Source: Candidatus Poribacteria bacterium
GTDB lineage: Bacteria; Poribacteria; WGA-4E; WGA-3G
Assembly: GCA_965205015.1 (NCBI GenBank)
Contig: OZ242029.1
Span: 608,001 to 672,000 of the forward strand
Direction of reading: 5' to 3'
Length of the DNA stretch: 64,000 bases
Program-made: the position numbers and the translations under genes
Notes under the pieces: model-generated
The model's database searches: none
What the model was told of the DNA's origin: nothing
What the model saw: only the letters and a program-made list of their open reading frames with translations
In this document: piece by piece, positions 38,779 to 49,411 of the stretch
Numbering within the stretch: the first letter of the stretch is position 1
Layout: each line of letters begins with the position of its first letter

Positions 38779-40527
38779 ATGATAGACACACTCTCTATCC
38801 GCAACATTGCCCTCATAGATGAACTTGATTTGGAACTGGCGCCAGGCCTGAACATTTTCACGGGTGAGACGGGCGCTGGTAAGTCGGTTATCCTCAGGTC
38901 GATCGGATTGGTACTCGGTGAGAGAGCCTCCGCTGATATTGTCCGAGAAGACGCTGATTTCGCGGAAGTAGAGGCGAGCGTCATCCCTGACGATGAACAC
39001 CCGATCTGGCAGACAAACGGGGACGAAGCTACCGATACTCCGTTGAAAGGTGCCGTTAGCGATGTATTGGATCCGTCAGACGCCGTGATCCTCTCCAGAA
39101 GAATCACCGCCAACGGTAGAAGTCGTTGCCAAATCAACGGACGCTTGGTGAATTTGAAGCAGCTGCAAGCACTCGGAACATTCCTTGTAGATATCCACGG
39201 TCAACACGAACATCAATCGCTGTTTAGAACACAAACACACCTTAAACTTTTAGACGATTTCGGTGGCAACAGTGACGCGCAACGACACATTGGTAACATA
39301 TATGCTCAACTACGCGCCTTGCAACAAGAAGCCGCGTCCCTCACGGAGACCTTGAAAGCATCGGAACGGGAGAAGGAACTCCTTGAATTTGAAATCAAAG
39401 AACTGACCTCGGCAAATTTGGAGGAAGGTGAGGACGAAAAATTGGCGGATGAAGCGCGGATCCTGAAGAACGCGGAGGCGTTGCGCAAATCCGCAAACTA
39501 CGTGTATCAACAACTTGATAGCGGCAGTTCTGAGATCGGAAGTTACAGCAGTCCCCTTGAACGCTTGAGAGATGCCGCAAAGGAACTGATAAAATTGTCC
39601 GAAATCGATGAGAGCCTTTCGGAATTGGGAGATCGGTTGGAATCATCGCTTTACGAACTGGAGGACATCGCTTCACAGGTCGCTCACTACGCGGAAACGA
39701 TCGAATCTAACACAATGCGGTTGGATGAAGTGACCGATCGGTTGGCGCTGATAGCGAAACTCAAACGGCGTTACGGGAACTCCATTCCAGAGATACTGAC
39801 GTATCATGCCGAGGCAGAGGAAAAATTAGAGACGTTACACCTCGGTACAGAGAAACAGGATGTGCTACAAACGGAGATCCACAAAACGATTCAAGAAGCA
39901 CAGCGTCTATGCACCGCGCTCTCCGCGAAACGACAGCATGTTGCGAAACATCTTTCAGAACGGATCCAGAAGGAGTTACGCACCCTCGGTATGGACAAAG
40001 CGAAATTTCATGCGTCCGTTCAGCATATACCGGATGACCGGGGTCCGTTTCAGATGGACGGAAAACGCTATGCCTTCCGCGCGGACGGGATGGATGCTGT
40101 AGAATTCCTAATTGCGCCGAATATAGGCTCCGAAGCGCGTCCGATCGCCCGAATCGCATCAGGTGGTGAGATCTCGCGTATCATGCTCGCGTTAAAGACA
40201 GTGCTCGTTCAAGTTGATGAGATTCCGACACTGCTCTTTGACGAAATCGACAGCGGTATTGGCGGCAAAGTGGCAGACGTCGTTGGCAAAAAGTTGAAGG
40301 AACTCTCAGCATTCTCACAGGTTATTTGCATCACACATTTGCCTCAGATTGCCCGCTTTGCAGATAGACATTTTCGGGTAGAAAAGCAGGTGATTGGGGA
40401 GCGGACACTGATTACGGCGAAATCGTTGACTGCAGAAGAACAGGTTAATGAAATCGCCCGAATGCACGGCGGCAAAGAGACCAAAATAGGACTCGCACAT
40501 GCACGAGAGTTATTGTCTGAGAAATAG
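38779..40527 (+). CDS. recN: DNA repair protein RecN
   Basis: TGETGAGKS, DIHGQHEHQ, ASGGEISR, FDEIDSGIGG, ITHLPQ. Confidence 0.97.
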   Translation: MIDTLSIRNIALIDELDLELAPGLNIFTGETGAGKSVILRSIGLVLGERASADIVREDADFAEVEASVIPDDEHPIWQTNGDEATDTPLKGAVSDVLDPSDAVILSRRITANGRSRCQINGRLVNLKQLQALGTFLVDIHGQHEHQSLFRTQTHLKLLDDFGGNSDAQRHIGNIYAQLRALQQEAASLTETLKASEREKELLEFEIKELTSANLEEGEDEKLADEARILKNAEALRKSANYVYQQLDSGSSEIGSYSSPLERLRDAAKELIKLSEIDESLSELGDRLESSLYELEDIASQVAHYAETIESNTMRLDEVTDRLALIAKLKRRYGNSIPEILTYHAEAEEKLETLHLGTEKQDVLQTEIHKTIQEAQRLCTALSAKRQHVAKHLSERIQKELRTLGMDKAKFHASVQHIPDDRGPFQMDGKRYAFRADGMDAVEFLIAPNIGSEARPIARIASGGEISRIMLALKTVLVQVDEIPTLLFDEIDSGIGGKVADVVGKKLKELSAFSQVICITHLPQIARFADRHFRVEKQVIGERTLITAKSLTAEEQVNEIARMHGGKETKIGLAHARELLSEK

Positions 40528-40535
40528 GGAGAATC

Positions 40536-40617
40536 GTTGTCAGTCGTCAGTTGTCGGTTAAGAGGTTCTCGTTTAACCAGATCCCTCTTTAACTGATAAC
40601 CGATAACCGACAACCAT
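40536..40617. repeat. Heptamer-armed inverted repeat element (cleanest copy)
   Basis: GTTGTCA GTCGTCA GTTGTCG GTTAAGAGG...CCTCTTTAAC TGATAAC CGATAAC CGACAAC CAT. Confidence 0.85.
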
Positions 40618-40624
40618 AAAAAAA

Positions 40625-43600
40625 ATGGACGATAGGTTTACACAAGCCAGTGGAACACATGTCTATACTGGATGCGAGTTATTAGTTAAGGGTGCCTTAG
40701 AGAGTGGTGTTAGCCTCCTCACAGGTTATCCCGGTTCCCCAATCGCCGAAGTATTTGACATTATCGAACGCAGTGCCGAATTGTTGAAAACCAATGGCAT
40801 CGTCGCGCAGATAGCCAACAATGAGGCATTGAGCATCGCGCGACTCAACGGTTCGCAGATGGCGGATGTCCGCGCGATTGCGTTTATGAAAAGCGTCGGT
40901 TTTCATGTCGCTTCCGATGCTCTGGCGATTAGTAACCTTGCCGGAACGACCAGTGGTGCAGTCGTGGTTGTCGGTGATGACACATGGTCGCACAGTACCC
41001 AGGTCCCCGCGGATTCCCGATTTTTGGCACGGCATGTCCAAACCCCTCTTATTGAACCTGCGACCTTTCAGGAACTTAAGGACTGGATTCACTGCGCCTT
41101 CAAGATTTCTGCAGCATCGAACCTCTATGTCTGTTATTTAACCACCGAAAATCAGGCAAGCGGAGGTGGTAATGTTGAACTCCACCCTAATATCTATCCC
41201 GAAATTAGCGACTTGCAGCAGATTAACTTGGATACCCACCTCATTGATGCCGATAAACGGGTTGTCCTACCGCCACATACTGCACAGATCGAAGTGGAGG
41301 CATTACGAGAACGGATCCCCGCCGCCCTTGAAACAGCACGGAACCTTGGGCTCAACACAATCCAATTCATGGGAGAAACGTCAAGTCGGAAGAAGCACCG
41401 TCTTGGATTTGTCAGTGCTGGCTTAGCTTACAGTTGCCTCCGCCACGCACTCGGGGAATTGCAGTTGGACGGTGAGATTCCAATTCTCAAACTCGGTATG
41501 ACACACCCTATTGACTTGGACCTCATCAGAGAGTTTACTGCACAGGTTGACGAAATCTACGTCGTTGAGGAAAAACGCCCGCTTTTAGAGAATGACATAA
41601 AAGCATTCATTACGCATGGCTATCAGAGTGGAGACATTGATCGATATGTAAACGTGTGGGGCAAACAATTTCCCAAAGGCATGGCAGGCATCCCGGTAAC
41701 TTCTGGTTTAGACGCTTCTATTCTTATTCAAAAACTCATCCCACTTCTCAAACACCTTCTCGGCAATGGCAGTCAGCCGTCAGCAGTCGGCGGTCAGCAA
41801 CGAGGTATTCCGTCCGCAGGCTTCCGACAGCCGGTTGCTGAAAGCCATACCGTAACCTACCATACTCCAAAAATTGATCTGGAACATTTCTCACGCGAAG
41901 AAACACTCCAAAAACAGGTCTCCGAACAGCACATCGACATTCCGCAACGGACGCCTACCTTTTGTCCGGGCTGTCCTCATCGTGATTCTTCGAGCGTCTT
42001 CCTTGAAATTACGAAGCAATTCATGGATGTGGACTATATGAAGAAGCATCATGATTCAGGTCCCATCGATCTCGTCTTTCACGGGGATATCGGTTGCTAT
42101 TCAATGCTCAAATATGAACCGTTTCCACGCCTCATGCACAACCTTTCGGCGATGGCGTTAGGTGGCGGTGCCGGGGCTGGTATTGACCCCTTTATCAAAA
42201 ACAAGCAGGTCGTTTTTATGGGGGATTCGACCTTTTTCCACGGCGGAATGGCAGCGATTTCGGATTCAATCAAGAACAACCAAGACATCGCCTACATTAT
42301 TTTAGATAACCAGACAACAGCGATGACTGGACATCAACCGACGCCTGCTGGTGAGTTGGACCTCCTCGGCAATCCGACGTTCGCACAAGACATTGAACAC
42401 GTCGCACAAGGACTCACCGGCGATTCCGATATAGAAATCGTGCGCACCAACCCAGAAGACAGGGTAAACTACAAAAAATATCTGGAGAAAACCATCCTCA
42501 AACCCGGCGTCAAAATCGTTATCGCCGATAAGGAGTGTGCGATCACCTATCAGCGTCGCCTCCGACGTGAACACCGGCAAACACTCGCTAAAGATGGTTT
42601 TCTTAAACACGAAAAGCATATCAATATAACCCCTGAGGTCTGTGAGTTTTGTCGAGAGTGTACCACTGCGACGGGATGTCCGGGTTTAAAAATAGTCGAT
42701 ACCGATTATGGCGATAAAATCGCCATCGATCAGTCAAATTGCGTCTCCGATGGGGCTTGTGCTCGAATCAAATACGCATGCCCGGCGTTTGAAGAGGTTA
42801 TCGTTACACGCAAACGTCCGCCTCAAAATCAAACAACAGAATCCAGAAATCGTTTGCTCCTGAGTGATGCCCCTTTACCACCGCCCCCCCTACAGACGTT
42901 CGATCGGAGTTGGAACATGTACGCTGCAGGTGTTGGGGGCATGGGGATTGGGACGATCTCGAAAGTCCTCGTTGTTGCAGGCTATCTTCAGGGCTATAAC
43001 GTGACGTTTTGCGATAGGAAAGGATTGGCAATCCGCAATGGCGGGGTCTATACACACATCGTGTATACGCAACCGGGTGTTCACGCCTGTCCGATGATTC
43101 CTTATGGCAAAGCAGATCTCCTATTAGGACTTGATATTTTAGAGGCGGTCCGTGGTATCACTGGACAATCCCTTTTCCGCATCGCATCATCGAATCGAAC
43201 CACTGCAGTCGTGAATACAGCGAAAACTGAAACGATCACCACGCTTATTGGTAAGGACCATTTCGATCCCGAGACACTTGAGGAATCACTTCAGACCTAT
43301 ACGAACGCGGACACGTATTTTGGGACGGATCTATTTACAGTCTCTGAGCAATTGTTCGGCAACAAACTGTACGCGAATATGATGCTTCTGGGGACTGCTT
43401 TCCAACGTCAATTGATACCTCTCGAATTGGAACCTCTCCAATTGGCACTGAAGCAGATGATGCCACACGCTGATTTGGATACCAATATGAAAGCATTCAC
43501 CGTTGGACGGCGTCTTGCATTAGAAGACCCTAAATCCGTTGTGGAGACAGGTTCAGAAAATCCTCTGGGAACTTATGCCGAAATGCTTTCTGCAAAACAA

Positions 43601-44308
43601 CAGATCTTAGAAAAAAAACGCAATGGGAAACGTTTAACGCGAGAATACGTAACACTTGTTAAAAGTACCGTTGAGACACTTGATCTCGATTTAGACAGCA
43701 TCCACCGGATCCTCGCCCTCTATATCTATGATTTGATTCAGTTCGAGGATATCAACTACGCGCGCGCATACGTTGAAAAGATTAAACAGGTCCATGCGCA
43801 TGACTCAGAAGCATACCAGTATCGGGCGACAAAAGCCGCGATTCGTTATCTTCACAAGGTGATGCTCATCAAAGACGAAGTCTACGTCGCACATCTGCTA
43901 ACGAGCGAAGAAAAATTGCAGCGGGATAAGGAATTGTATAAGGTTGACACAGCAAACGGCGATAGGATTAAATACGTCCATCTCAATCGTCCACACTTCA
44001 CCGTCATGGGGCTTGATTTTGAAGGGGACATTGACACACGCAATTGGCAATTGCATCTGATGAAACGGATGAAGTTCCTAAGACGTTGGCTTCCAGAGTG
44101 GCACGCCAAGGAAAAAGCGTTCCGAGAGTGGTATATTACTCGCGTAATCGATACCTTCTCACCGACTGACACTGAGACGTACGAGAAGCATCTCCAAGCG
44201 TTAGAATGTGTAGAGGAAGTCCGTGGCTATCGAGACATTCGCTATCCGAAAATGGAAGCGGCAAAACAGAAAGTTGAAGAATGGTTGTCGGTTGGCAGCC
44301 GTCAGTAG
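40625..44308 (+). CDS. Indolepyruvate ferredoxin oxidoreductase family, fused alpha/beta protein
   Basis: GYPGSP, FCPGCPH, GDIGC, GDSTFFH..N..TAMTGHQ, ferredoxin cysteines, GVGGMG, IKDEVYVA. Confidence 0.9.
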   Translation: MDDRFTQASGTHVYTGCELLVKGALESGVSLLTGYPGSPIAEVFDIIERSAELLKTNGIVAQIANNEALSIARLNGSQMADVRAIAFMKSVGFHVASDALAISNLAGTTSGAVVVVGDDTWSHSTQVPADSRFLARHVQTPLIEPATFQELKDWIHCAFKISAASNLYVCYLTTENQASGGGNVELHPNIYPEISDLQQINLDTHLIDADKRVVLPPHTAQIEVEALRERIPAALETARNLGLNTIQFMGETSSRKKHRLGFVSAGLAYSCLRHALGELQLDGEIPILKLGMTHPIDLDLIREFTAQVDEIYVVEEKRPLLENDIKAFITHGYQSGDIDRYVNVWGKQFPKGMAGIPVTSGLDASILIQKLIPLLKHLLGNGSQPSAVGGQQRGIPSAGFRQPVAESHTVTYHTPKIDLEHFSREETLQKQVSEQHIDIPQRTPTFCPGCPHRDSSSVFLEITKQFMDVDYMKKHHDSGPIDLVFHGDIGCYSMLKYEPFPRLMHNLSAMALGGGAGAGIDPFIKNKQVVFMGDSTFFHGGMAAISDSIKNNQDIAYIILDNQTTAMTGHQPTPAGELDLLGNPTFAQDIEHVAQGLTGDSDIEIVRTNPEDRVNYKKYLEKTILKPGVKIVIADKECAITYQRRLRREHRQTLAKDGFLKHEKHINITPEVCEFCRECTTATGCPGLKIVDTDYGDKIAIDQSNCVSDGACARIKYACPAFEEVIVTRKRPPQNQTTESRNRLLLSDAPLPPPPLQTFDRSWNMYAAGVGGMGIGTISKVLVVAGYLQGYNVTFCDRKGLAIRNGGVYTHIVYTQPGVHACPMIPYGKADLLLGLDILEAVRGITGQSLFRIASSNRTTAVVNTAKTETITTLIGKDHFDPETLEESLQTYTNADTYFGTDLFTVSEQLFGNKLYANMMLLGTAFQRQLIPLELEPLQLALKQMMPHADLDTNMKAFTVGRRLALEDPKSVVETGSENPLGTYAEMLSAKQQILEKKRNGKRLTREYVTLVKSTVETLDLDLDSIHRILALYIYDLIQFEDINYARAYVEKIKQVHAHDSEAYQYRATKAAIRYLHKVMLIKDEVYVAHLLTSEEKLQRDKELYKVDTANGDRIKYVHLNRPHFTVMGLDFEGDIDTRNWQLHLMKRMKFLRRWLPEWHAKEKAFREWYITRVIDTFSPTDTETYEKHLQALECVEEVRGYRDIRYPKMEAAKQKVEEWLSVGSRQ

Positions 44309-44391
44309 TCAGTGGCTTGGAAGATTGAGGCACCCATCCTTCTATTCCTCCATTTCTTCACTGATAACCGCTCACTGAAGACTAAAAAACA

Positions 44392-45246
44392 ATGCAGACA
44401 CGACATATATTGACCGGACACACTCGTATTGTCGGTGTTATCGGTGATCCCGTTGAACACAGTCGTTCACCACAAATGCACAATGCCGCTTTTGCTGAAG
44501 CAGGTCTCGATTATGTATATGTCCCGTTTCATGTACGTCCCGATGATTTGGCAGATGCGATTGCTGGATTTAAAGCGATTAATGTTGTCGGTATTAACGT
44601 AACGCTCCCACACAAACAAGCAGTTATCCCGTTCCTTACATCGATCTCTCGGGAAGCGGAACTCATCGGTGCTGTGAACACACTGACGTTTGTTGAAGGG
44701 AACATACATGGCGATAATACAGATGCGCCGGGCGTCTTACAAGCTTTAGAAGAGGACGGAAACATGTCTGTCCCGATAGGCGAAAATGTCGTCATTTTAG
44801 GAGCAGGTGGGGCTGCACGGGCTGTCGTTGTTGCGTTAGCACTCAGGGGTGTAGCATCGATCACAATCGCCAATCGCACAGTGGAAAAAGCGGTTTCTTT
44901 AGCAGAAGAGATGGATCAGAAGACAGGGGTTTCCATGCAAGGCATCGGTCTCACAGATGAACGATTGCCTCTATCTGTTCGCAAGAGCAAACTCCTTGTC
45001 AACACGGCGACGACGAGCATGGATGTAACACAACCTTTGCTGATTTCTGCTGACTGGCTTCAACCAAATACTATTGTTTACGACATTGTGTATACACCCC
45101 CGGTCACACCTTTGATGCAAGCTGCGACTGCGCGCGGATGTCAAACGCTTGGCGGCATCGGGATGTTAGTCCATCAGGGGGCTATCGCTTTTGAAACGTG
45201 GACGGGTGTTACACCCTGTACTGAGACAATGCGTCAAGCCCTATAG
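44392..45246 (+). CDS. aroE: Shikimate dehydrogenase
   Basis: HSRSP.MHN, NVTLPHK, GAVNT, NTD, GAGGAARA, MLVHQG. Confidence 0.95.
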   Translation: MQTRHILTGHTRIVGVIGDPVEHSRSPQMHNAAFAEAGLDYVYVPFHVRPDDLADAIAGFKAINVVGINVTLPHKQAVIPFLTSISREAELIGAVNTLTFVEGNIHGDNTDAPGVLQALEEDGNMSVPIGENVVILGAGGAARAVVVALALRGVASITIANRTVEKAVSLAEEMDQKTGVSMQGIGLTDERLPLSVRKSKLLVNTATTSMDVTQPLLISADWLQPNTIVYDIVYTPPVTPLMQAATARGCQTLGGIGMLVHQGAIAFETWTGVTPCTETMRQAL

Positions 45247-45316
45247 ACCTGACTCTCCACTGGAGAGTTTCAAAGGAATTCCTTTTCGGCACACCAGCGA
45301 GGTGCCAGGTCTATAG
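45241..45316. repeat. Cloverleaf palindromic element (CTATAG-ended)
   Basis: CTATAGACCTG/CAGGTCTATAG enclosing ACTCTCCA/TGGAGAGT, AAAGGAATTCCTTT and GGCAC/GTGCC. Confidence 0.7.
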
Positions 45317-45376
45317 AGTCATCTCACAATCCTATATGGTTCACTAAGACATACGAAAGGGGTCAATAATAATACA

Positions 45377-45679
45377 ATGCAACAAGAACAGGATTTTATG
45401 CCGATTCGTTTCGTTATACTCGGCACACCTTATACCATAAAACCGACAGAAGAACTCACGCCAGAAGCAATCAATGAACTGGTTGAATACGTCAAAAGTT
45501 TAGTTGAATCCTATCTCAGAAAAGGCTTTGATGAACAAAGGGTTCCCTTGCTGGTCGCTTTTCACATCGCTGATGAAAAACGGCGTCTTCAGGAAAAGTA
45601 TGAATCTCCGTTGCACCGAATAGCGGAGAGACTCCAATTTGGGATTGAAGAGGAGACGGAGGATCAGCGTTCCGATTGA
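45377..45679 (+). CDS. zapA: Cell division protein ZapA family
   Basis: I.G..Y.I, LVEYV, LLVAFHIADE, followed by a coiled coil. Confidence 0.7.
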   Translation: MQQEQDFMPIRFVILGTPYTIKPTEELTPEAINELVEYVKSLVESYLRKGFDEQRVPLLVAFHIADEKRRLQEKYESPLHRIAERLQFGIEEETEDQRSD

Positions 45680-45699
45680 AGTTTTTAAGCTATGGGACC

Positions 45700-47064
45700 C
45701 TAACGGAGCAACAGCACAGCGAGAATACCAAGTACCGGCAATAAGACGATTAGAACTTTGACTTCAACCAGATAATTTTTGTAACGTTGAACTGCAGAAT
45801 TCTGCTCTATCCACCGGTTGATGAATTCAATGCGTCGATGGATGGACGGATGGGTGTTGAAGATTTCAAAGAAACGCTGGATCGACCTGGGCACTGAATT
45901 CAGGACTGCGAGTTTCGCCAAAGCCCCTTTGAACGCTTCCGGTTTCTCCGTAAGCCTCACCGCATATAAGTCGGCTTGATGTTCACAACGCCTTGACAAA
46001 TACCGGAAGATAAATATGAAATAAATGATGAGAAAGGTCAGCGAACATAACGTCGATACCACTGAGAAAAAAGGGTGTGCTTCTCCAATGTATGCCACCA
46101 ACGGTTCTTCAACAAGGACAAAGAAAAAAGGATAATTCAAGAGATAGAAGAGTGAAAAAAGCATATATGTCGGAATGTGCCTATAGTGGATATGTCCAAG
46201 TTCATGAGCGACGACAGTTTCAATTTCGTCATCTGTGAAGTATTCAAGCAGCGCGTCTGTCAGAAAAATCCGACGATTCCATGAAAAGGTCCCCGCGACA
46301 GCTGCGTTGGCTATTAACAGTGAACCGGTTTGCCACACGACAACTTCCCGATATTTTATACCGCTCCGCCTCGTTAAACGGTCTAACTTCTCCTTGAGCA
46401 CGGAATCCACGGCGAGTCGGTCGGTTTTCCATAAAAATTGCATCAATAACGGGGCAAAGATATACATGGCAACAATTACCGGTAGAATCAGCCCAATGAG
46501 AATGTATGAATGCTCAACAATGAATACTTTTGCTGCATACGGGAGCCAGTGAATAGCGTCCATTATCACCAAATACAGGAACATCGGCAACAACGGGAAA
46601 AGCAAAAACTTGAATTGTAGACTGAGAATCTCTCTGTAATGCCCCGGTTGAAGCCTATTCACCCGATAAAACGCAAGTCGGATACAGATGAGTCCGATCA
46701 GTAGGGGCAGCAACGCGAGGGTCTGGCGTAAATGTGCCATCGGAAAGAAGGCAAAGTATTTGTCAATCAGCATCGGCAGATTCAATAGATACAGATTGCA
46801 GAGGTAGGCCGCTAAACTGAGGCACTCAAAAACAATCATGAAGCGTCGCAGGCGATAGAGAGCAGGTAGGTTCTCCTCTTCCTGGGCAGAAAAGGTTCTC
46901 GCAACATAGAATGTCACGAAACATGTGATAAGAATAGGGAATCCTGTCAAGACAATTGTCCAGAGGAGCACCTGCGCATCACTGATATTCATGCTTGTTT
47001 GCGGCGGCTCAAAGGAAAAAAGAAAGAGGAGCCCGGCAATTAAGATGATACTTATCTGTCCCAT
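45700..47064 (-). CDS. M48 family (Ste24/HtpX-like) membrane metallopeptidase
   Basis: ANAA, HELGH, E..AD, THPS..RRI; several TM segments. Confidence 0.9.
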   Translation of the reverse strand: MGQISIILIAGLLFLFSFEPPQTSMNISDAQVLLWTIVLTGFPILITCFVTFYVARTFSAQEEENLPALYRLRRFMIVFECLSLAAYLCNLYLLNLPMLIDKYFAFFPMAHLRQTLALLPLLIGLICIRLAFYRVNRLQPGHYREILSLQFKFLLFPLLPMFLYLVIMDAIHWLPYAAKVFIVEHSYILIGLILPVIVAMYIFAPLLMQFLWKTDRLAVDSVLKEKLDRLTRRSGIKYREVVVWQTGSLLIANAAVAGTFSWNRRIFLTDALLEYFTDDEIETVVAHELGHIHYRHIPTYMLFSLFYLLNYPFFFVLVEEPLVAYIGEAHPFFSVVSTLCSLTFLIIYFIFIFRYLSRRCEHQADLYAVRLTEKPEAFKGALAKLAVLNSVPRSIQRFFEIFNTHPSIHRRIEFINRWIEQNSAVQRYKNYLVEVKVLIVLLPVLGILAVLLLR

Positions 47065-47288
47065 TCTATTTTTCTAATTTTCCTTTTTTTAATTTACCTT
47101 GCGGTTAAACAACGTGGTATTGTGCTTTAAGGTGTTTTCTCAAATCCGCTTGTTGCAGGCTACACACTTCGGACGAATCTTGCGATGGAATCTCTGGCGA
47201 GTCATAGAATTCTAACGTATCTCGTATCAAAAATCAAGGACGTTTTAAAGGCGTGTGCCAACTGCTTTCGCATTTGTGAAAAAAACTC

Positions 47289-47318
47289 TTGACTTTTTTT
47301 AGGAAAAAGTTGTATAAT
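47289..47318 (+). promoter_or_regulatory. Sigma70-type promoter
   Basis: TTGACT-18 nt-TATAAT. Confidence 0.65.
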
Positions 47319-47328
47319 TGATAGTAAA

Positions 47329-47448
47329 AGTGTCTGTGAGCATAAACCGCTTGCAGGTCTCCCATATTGCAAGGTCGTGATGCAGTTTCGGTCTTTGAAA
47401 AACCGTGTCTGCGCGGGCAGTGAATTGTCCTGTTTGCATACATACACT
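47329..47448 (+). ncRNA. Candidate four-way-junction RNA in the long leader of the OmpA-family gene
   Basis: Closing stem AGTGT..AAAC/GTTT..ACACT with three inner hairpins; begins ~10 nt after the -10 box. Confidence 0.45.
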
Positions 47449-47595
47449 GATGACGGGATTTGAGAAGAATTCCGGGGAAAATAATAGCGTACATCATATA
47501 GAAAGTTGATTTTTTGGCGTAAGTTGAGAGCCGGCTTCTTGACATCGGCTTGCAAGCAACGCACTAAATTGTTGTAAAAAACTTAGGAGGAATCC

Positions 47596-48474
47596 ATGAT
47601 AAGTAGAACCGCTTTCACAATTATCGCTCTTCTGGGTGTTGCACTTGTTGTGAGTAGTTGCGGCAAGTTAGATCAGGAAGAGTTTGAAATGTGGAAGAAT
47701 GAACATGTCTCGCAGATGGAACAAACTGACGCAGACCTGTCAAACAAAATTACAATGCTGGATAGCAAGGTTGATCAGCAGGGTACAGACCTAAAAGAAG
47801 CTATCTCCAGAGCGAAAGATGAGGCGATTGCCGCCTCCCAACAAGGAGATGCCGATAGTATTGCTGCTGCGAAGCAAAGTGCCAAAGAGCAGGATGCACA
47901 ACTTCGCGCCGATCTGACGAAGTCTATTGACATGCAAGGACAAAAAGCGATGGACTTTGCCAAAGGTGAAGATGCCAAACTGCAAAAACAACTTGATGCC
48001 CAGGGAGAAGCCGATACAGCCCAAGACGCAGCGATAAAGCAGCTTGAATCTAAAGTCATGGCTTTGGAGGAAGGTTTAGCCATGGTGGCAGAAGAGGTTG
48101 CTGCAGCACCGACACTGCTGGTTACTGTCACTTTCGCCAGTGGTCGTACCAGTTTATCCAGCGACGGCAAGCAGATGCTTGACGGTATCGTTGAACACCT
48201 CATGGAAGCTTCGGACGCAAAGATCAAGGTTGTTGGACACGCTGATGGCATGCCAGTCCTGAAGGGAAGTTACAGAAGTAATTGGGACCTCTCACAGGCA
48301 CGCGCGAACGCTGCTGCAAAGTACTTGCAATCCAAGGGAATCGCTGCTGGCAGAATTGAGGCTGTTGGTAAAGCACACACGGATCCTGTTGCGCCACAGA
48401 ACACTGCCGCCGGTAGAGCCATGAATCGTCGGGTCGAAGTTATTCTGGTTCCTGCACATAGCCATCCACATTAA
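47596..48474 (+). CDS. OmpA/MotB-domain lipoprotein with coiled-coil stalk
   Basis: Lipobox VSSC, F.SG...L, GHAD, NWDLSQARA, NRRVE; AGGAGG RBS. Confidence 0.9.
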   Translation: MISRTAFTIIALLGVALVVSSCGKLDQEEFEMWKNEHVSQMEQTDADLSNKITMLDSKVDQQGTDLKEAISRAKDEAIAASQQGDADSIAAAKQSAKEQDAQLRADLTKSIDMQGQKAMDFAKGEDAKLQKQLDAQGEADTAQDAAIKQLESKVMALEEGLAMVAEEVAAAPTLLVTVTFASGRTSLSSDGKQMLDGIVEHLMEASDAKIKVVGHADGMPVLKGSYRSNWDLSQARANAAAKYLQSKGIAAGRIEAVGKAHTDPVAPQNTAAGRAMNRRVEVILVPAHSHPH

Positions 48475-48631
48475 TTCCAAATCATTCATTGGGCGGAAAC
48501 CGTTCTAATTCCTTCGGCCCAATGAGTGCAATCCAAGTATTTTTCTATCAATATAGAGGCGGGTCGTTGTACCCGCCTACTGCTGTCGTATCACTGTTCT
48601 ATACGCGCAGTGGATAAGGACTTCACCGCTC

Positions 48632-49315
48632 ATGCGTTTAGTATTTGCTTGTTGCTTGCTTCTGTTGTTAATTCCCTGCATAACACTTGCAGATACCACC
48701 GATGTGCAACCCCTACGCCCCTCCCCCGTCAGAGATTTTTTAGCGGAACACCTGCGATCTCCGTCGTTTCAATTGTCCCTATTTTCATACAAACCGGAGT
48801 TGGGCAGTTTAACCGATATCCTCCAGAGTGTTGGGGTAACGCGGATTCCGAGCCAACTGTTGCCCATGTTTTCGGTTGTATTTGAACATAGCACTGAATT
48901 AGATTCACGTTTGGAGATCGGCTATTGGCAAATGGAACTTAACATTCCGCCGCCTGTCTCAGCGAGTCTCTCTACCACGCTCATTCCGATTTCATATCAG
49001 TTTATCTATCGTCCGGTGCTGCTCTCCGAATATCTCCCAATCTACTTGGGGGGTGGGATCGGTTATTTGGGAGCAAGTTTTAGCGGTAACGCAATAGATC
49101 TCATTGAACAACAGGGCATCAGCTTTGGCAATAGCCCCTCAGGTCCAACAGGATACGTTCTCATCGGAGCAGAACTGCTGCAGTGGGACTCTAATTTTTC
49201 ACTCAATTTTGAGGTGAAACGGATACTCAAAACTGTGAAAACAACCGGCACTACACCCCTCGATCTGATTTTAGACGGCACCGCGATCGGTTTAGGCATC
49301 AAAATGCGGTTTTAA
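48632..49315 (+). CDS. Putative outer-membrane beta-barrel protein
   Basis: Signal peptide, YLGGGIGY, C-terminal GIKMRF. Confidence 0.65.
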   Translation: MRLVFACCLLLLLIPCITLADTTDVQPLRPSPVRDFLAEHLRSPSFQLSLFSYKPELGSLTDILQSVGVTRIPSQLLPMFSVVFEHSTELDSRLEIGYWQMELNIPPPVSASLSTTLIPISYQFIYRPVLLSEYLPIYLGGGIGYLGASFSGNAIDLIEQQGISFGNSPSGPTGYVLIGAELLQWDSNFSLNFEVKRILKTVKTTGTTPLDLILDGTAIGLGIKMRF

Positions 49316-49411
49316 ATGGCGATCAGCTGTCGGCTGTCGGTTATCGTTTAAGAAACGCCGCTTGCTGACGACTGACTGCGTCTTTGCTGATGGCTGAAGA
49401 CTGATGGCTAT
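49316..49411. repeat. Heptamer-armed inverted repeat element
   Basis: ATGGCGATCA GCTGTCG GCTGTCG GTTATCG...GCTGATG GCTGAAG ACTGATG GCTAT. Confidence 0.75.

Noticed and set aside
45241-45316. tRNA gene
   Set aside because: tRNA-sized cloverleaf but lacks the D-loop GG, TTCRA and anticodon-arm geometry.
45680-45700. 6S RNA after zapA
   Set aside because: Only 20 bp separate zapA from the convergent peptidase gene.
47350-47372. Sigma54 promoter reading of the shared motif
   Set aside because: GG to GC spacing is 11 nt rather than 10, and TGGCAC is missing.
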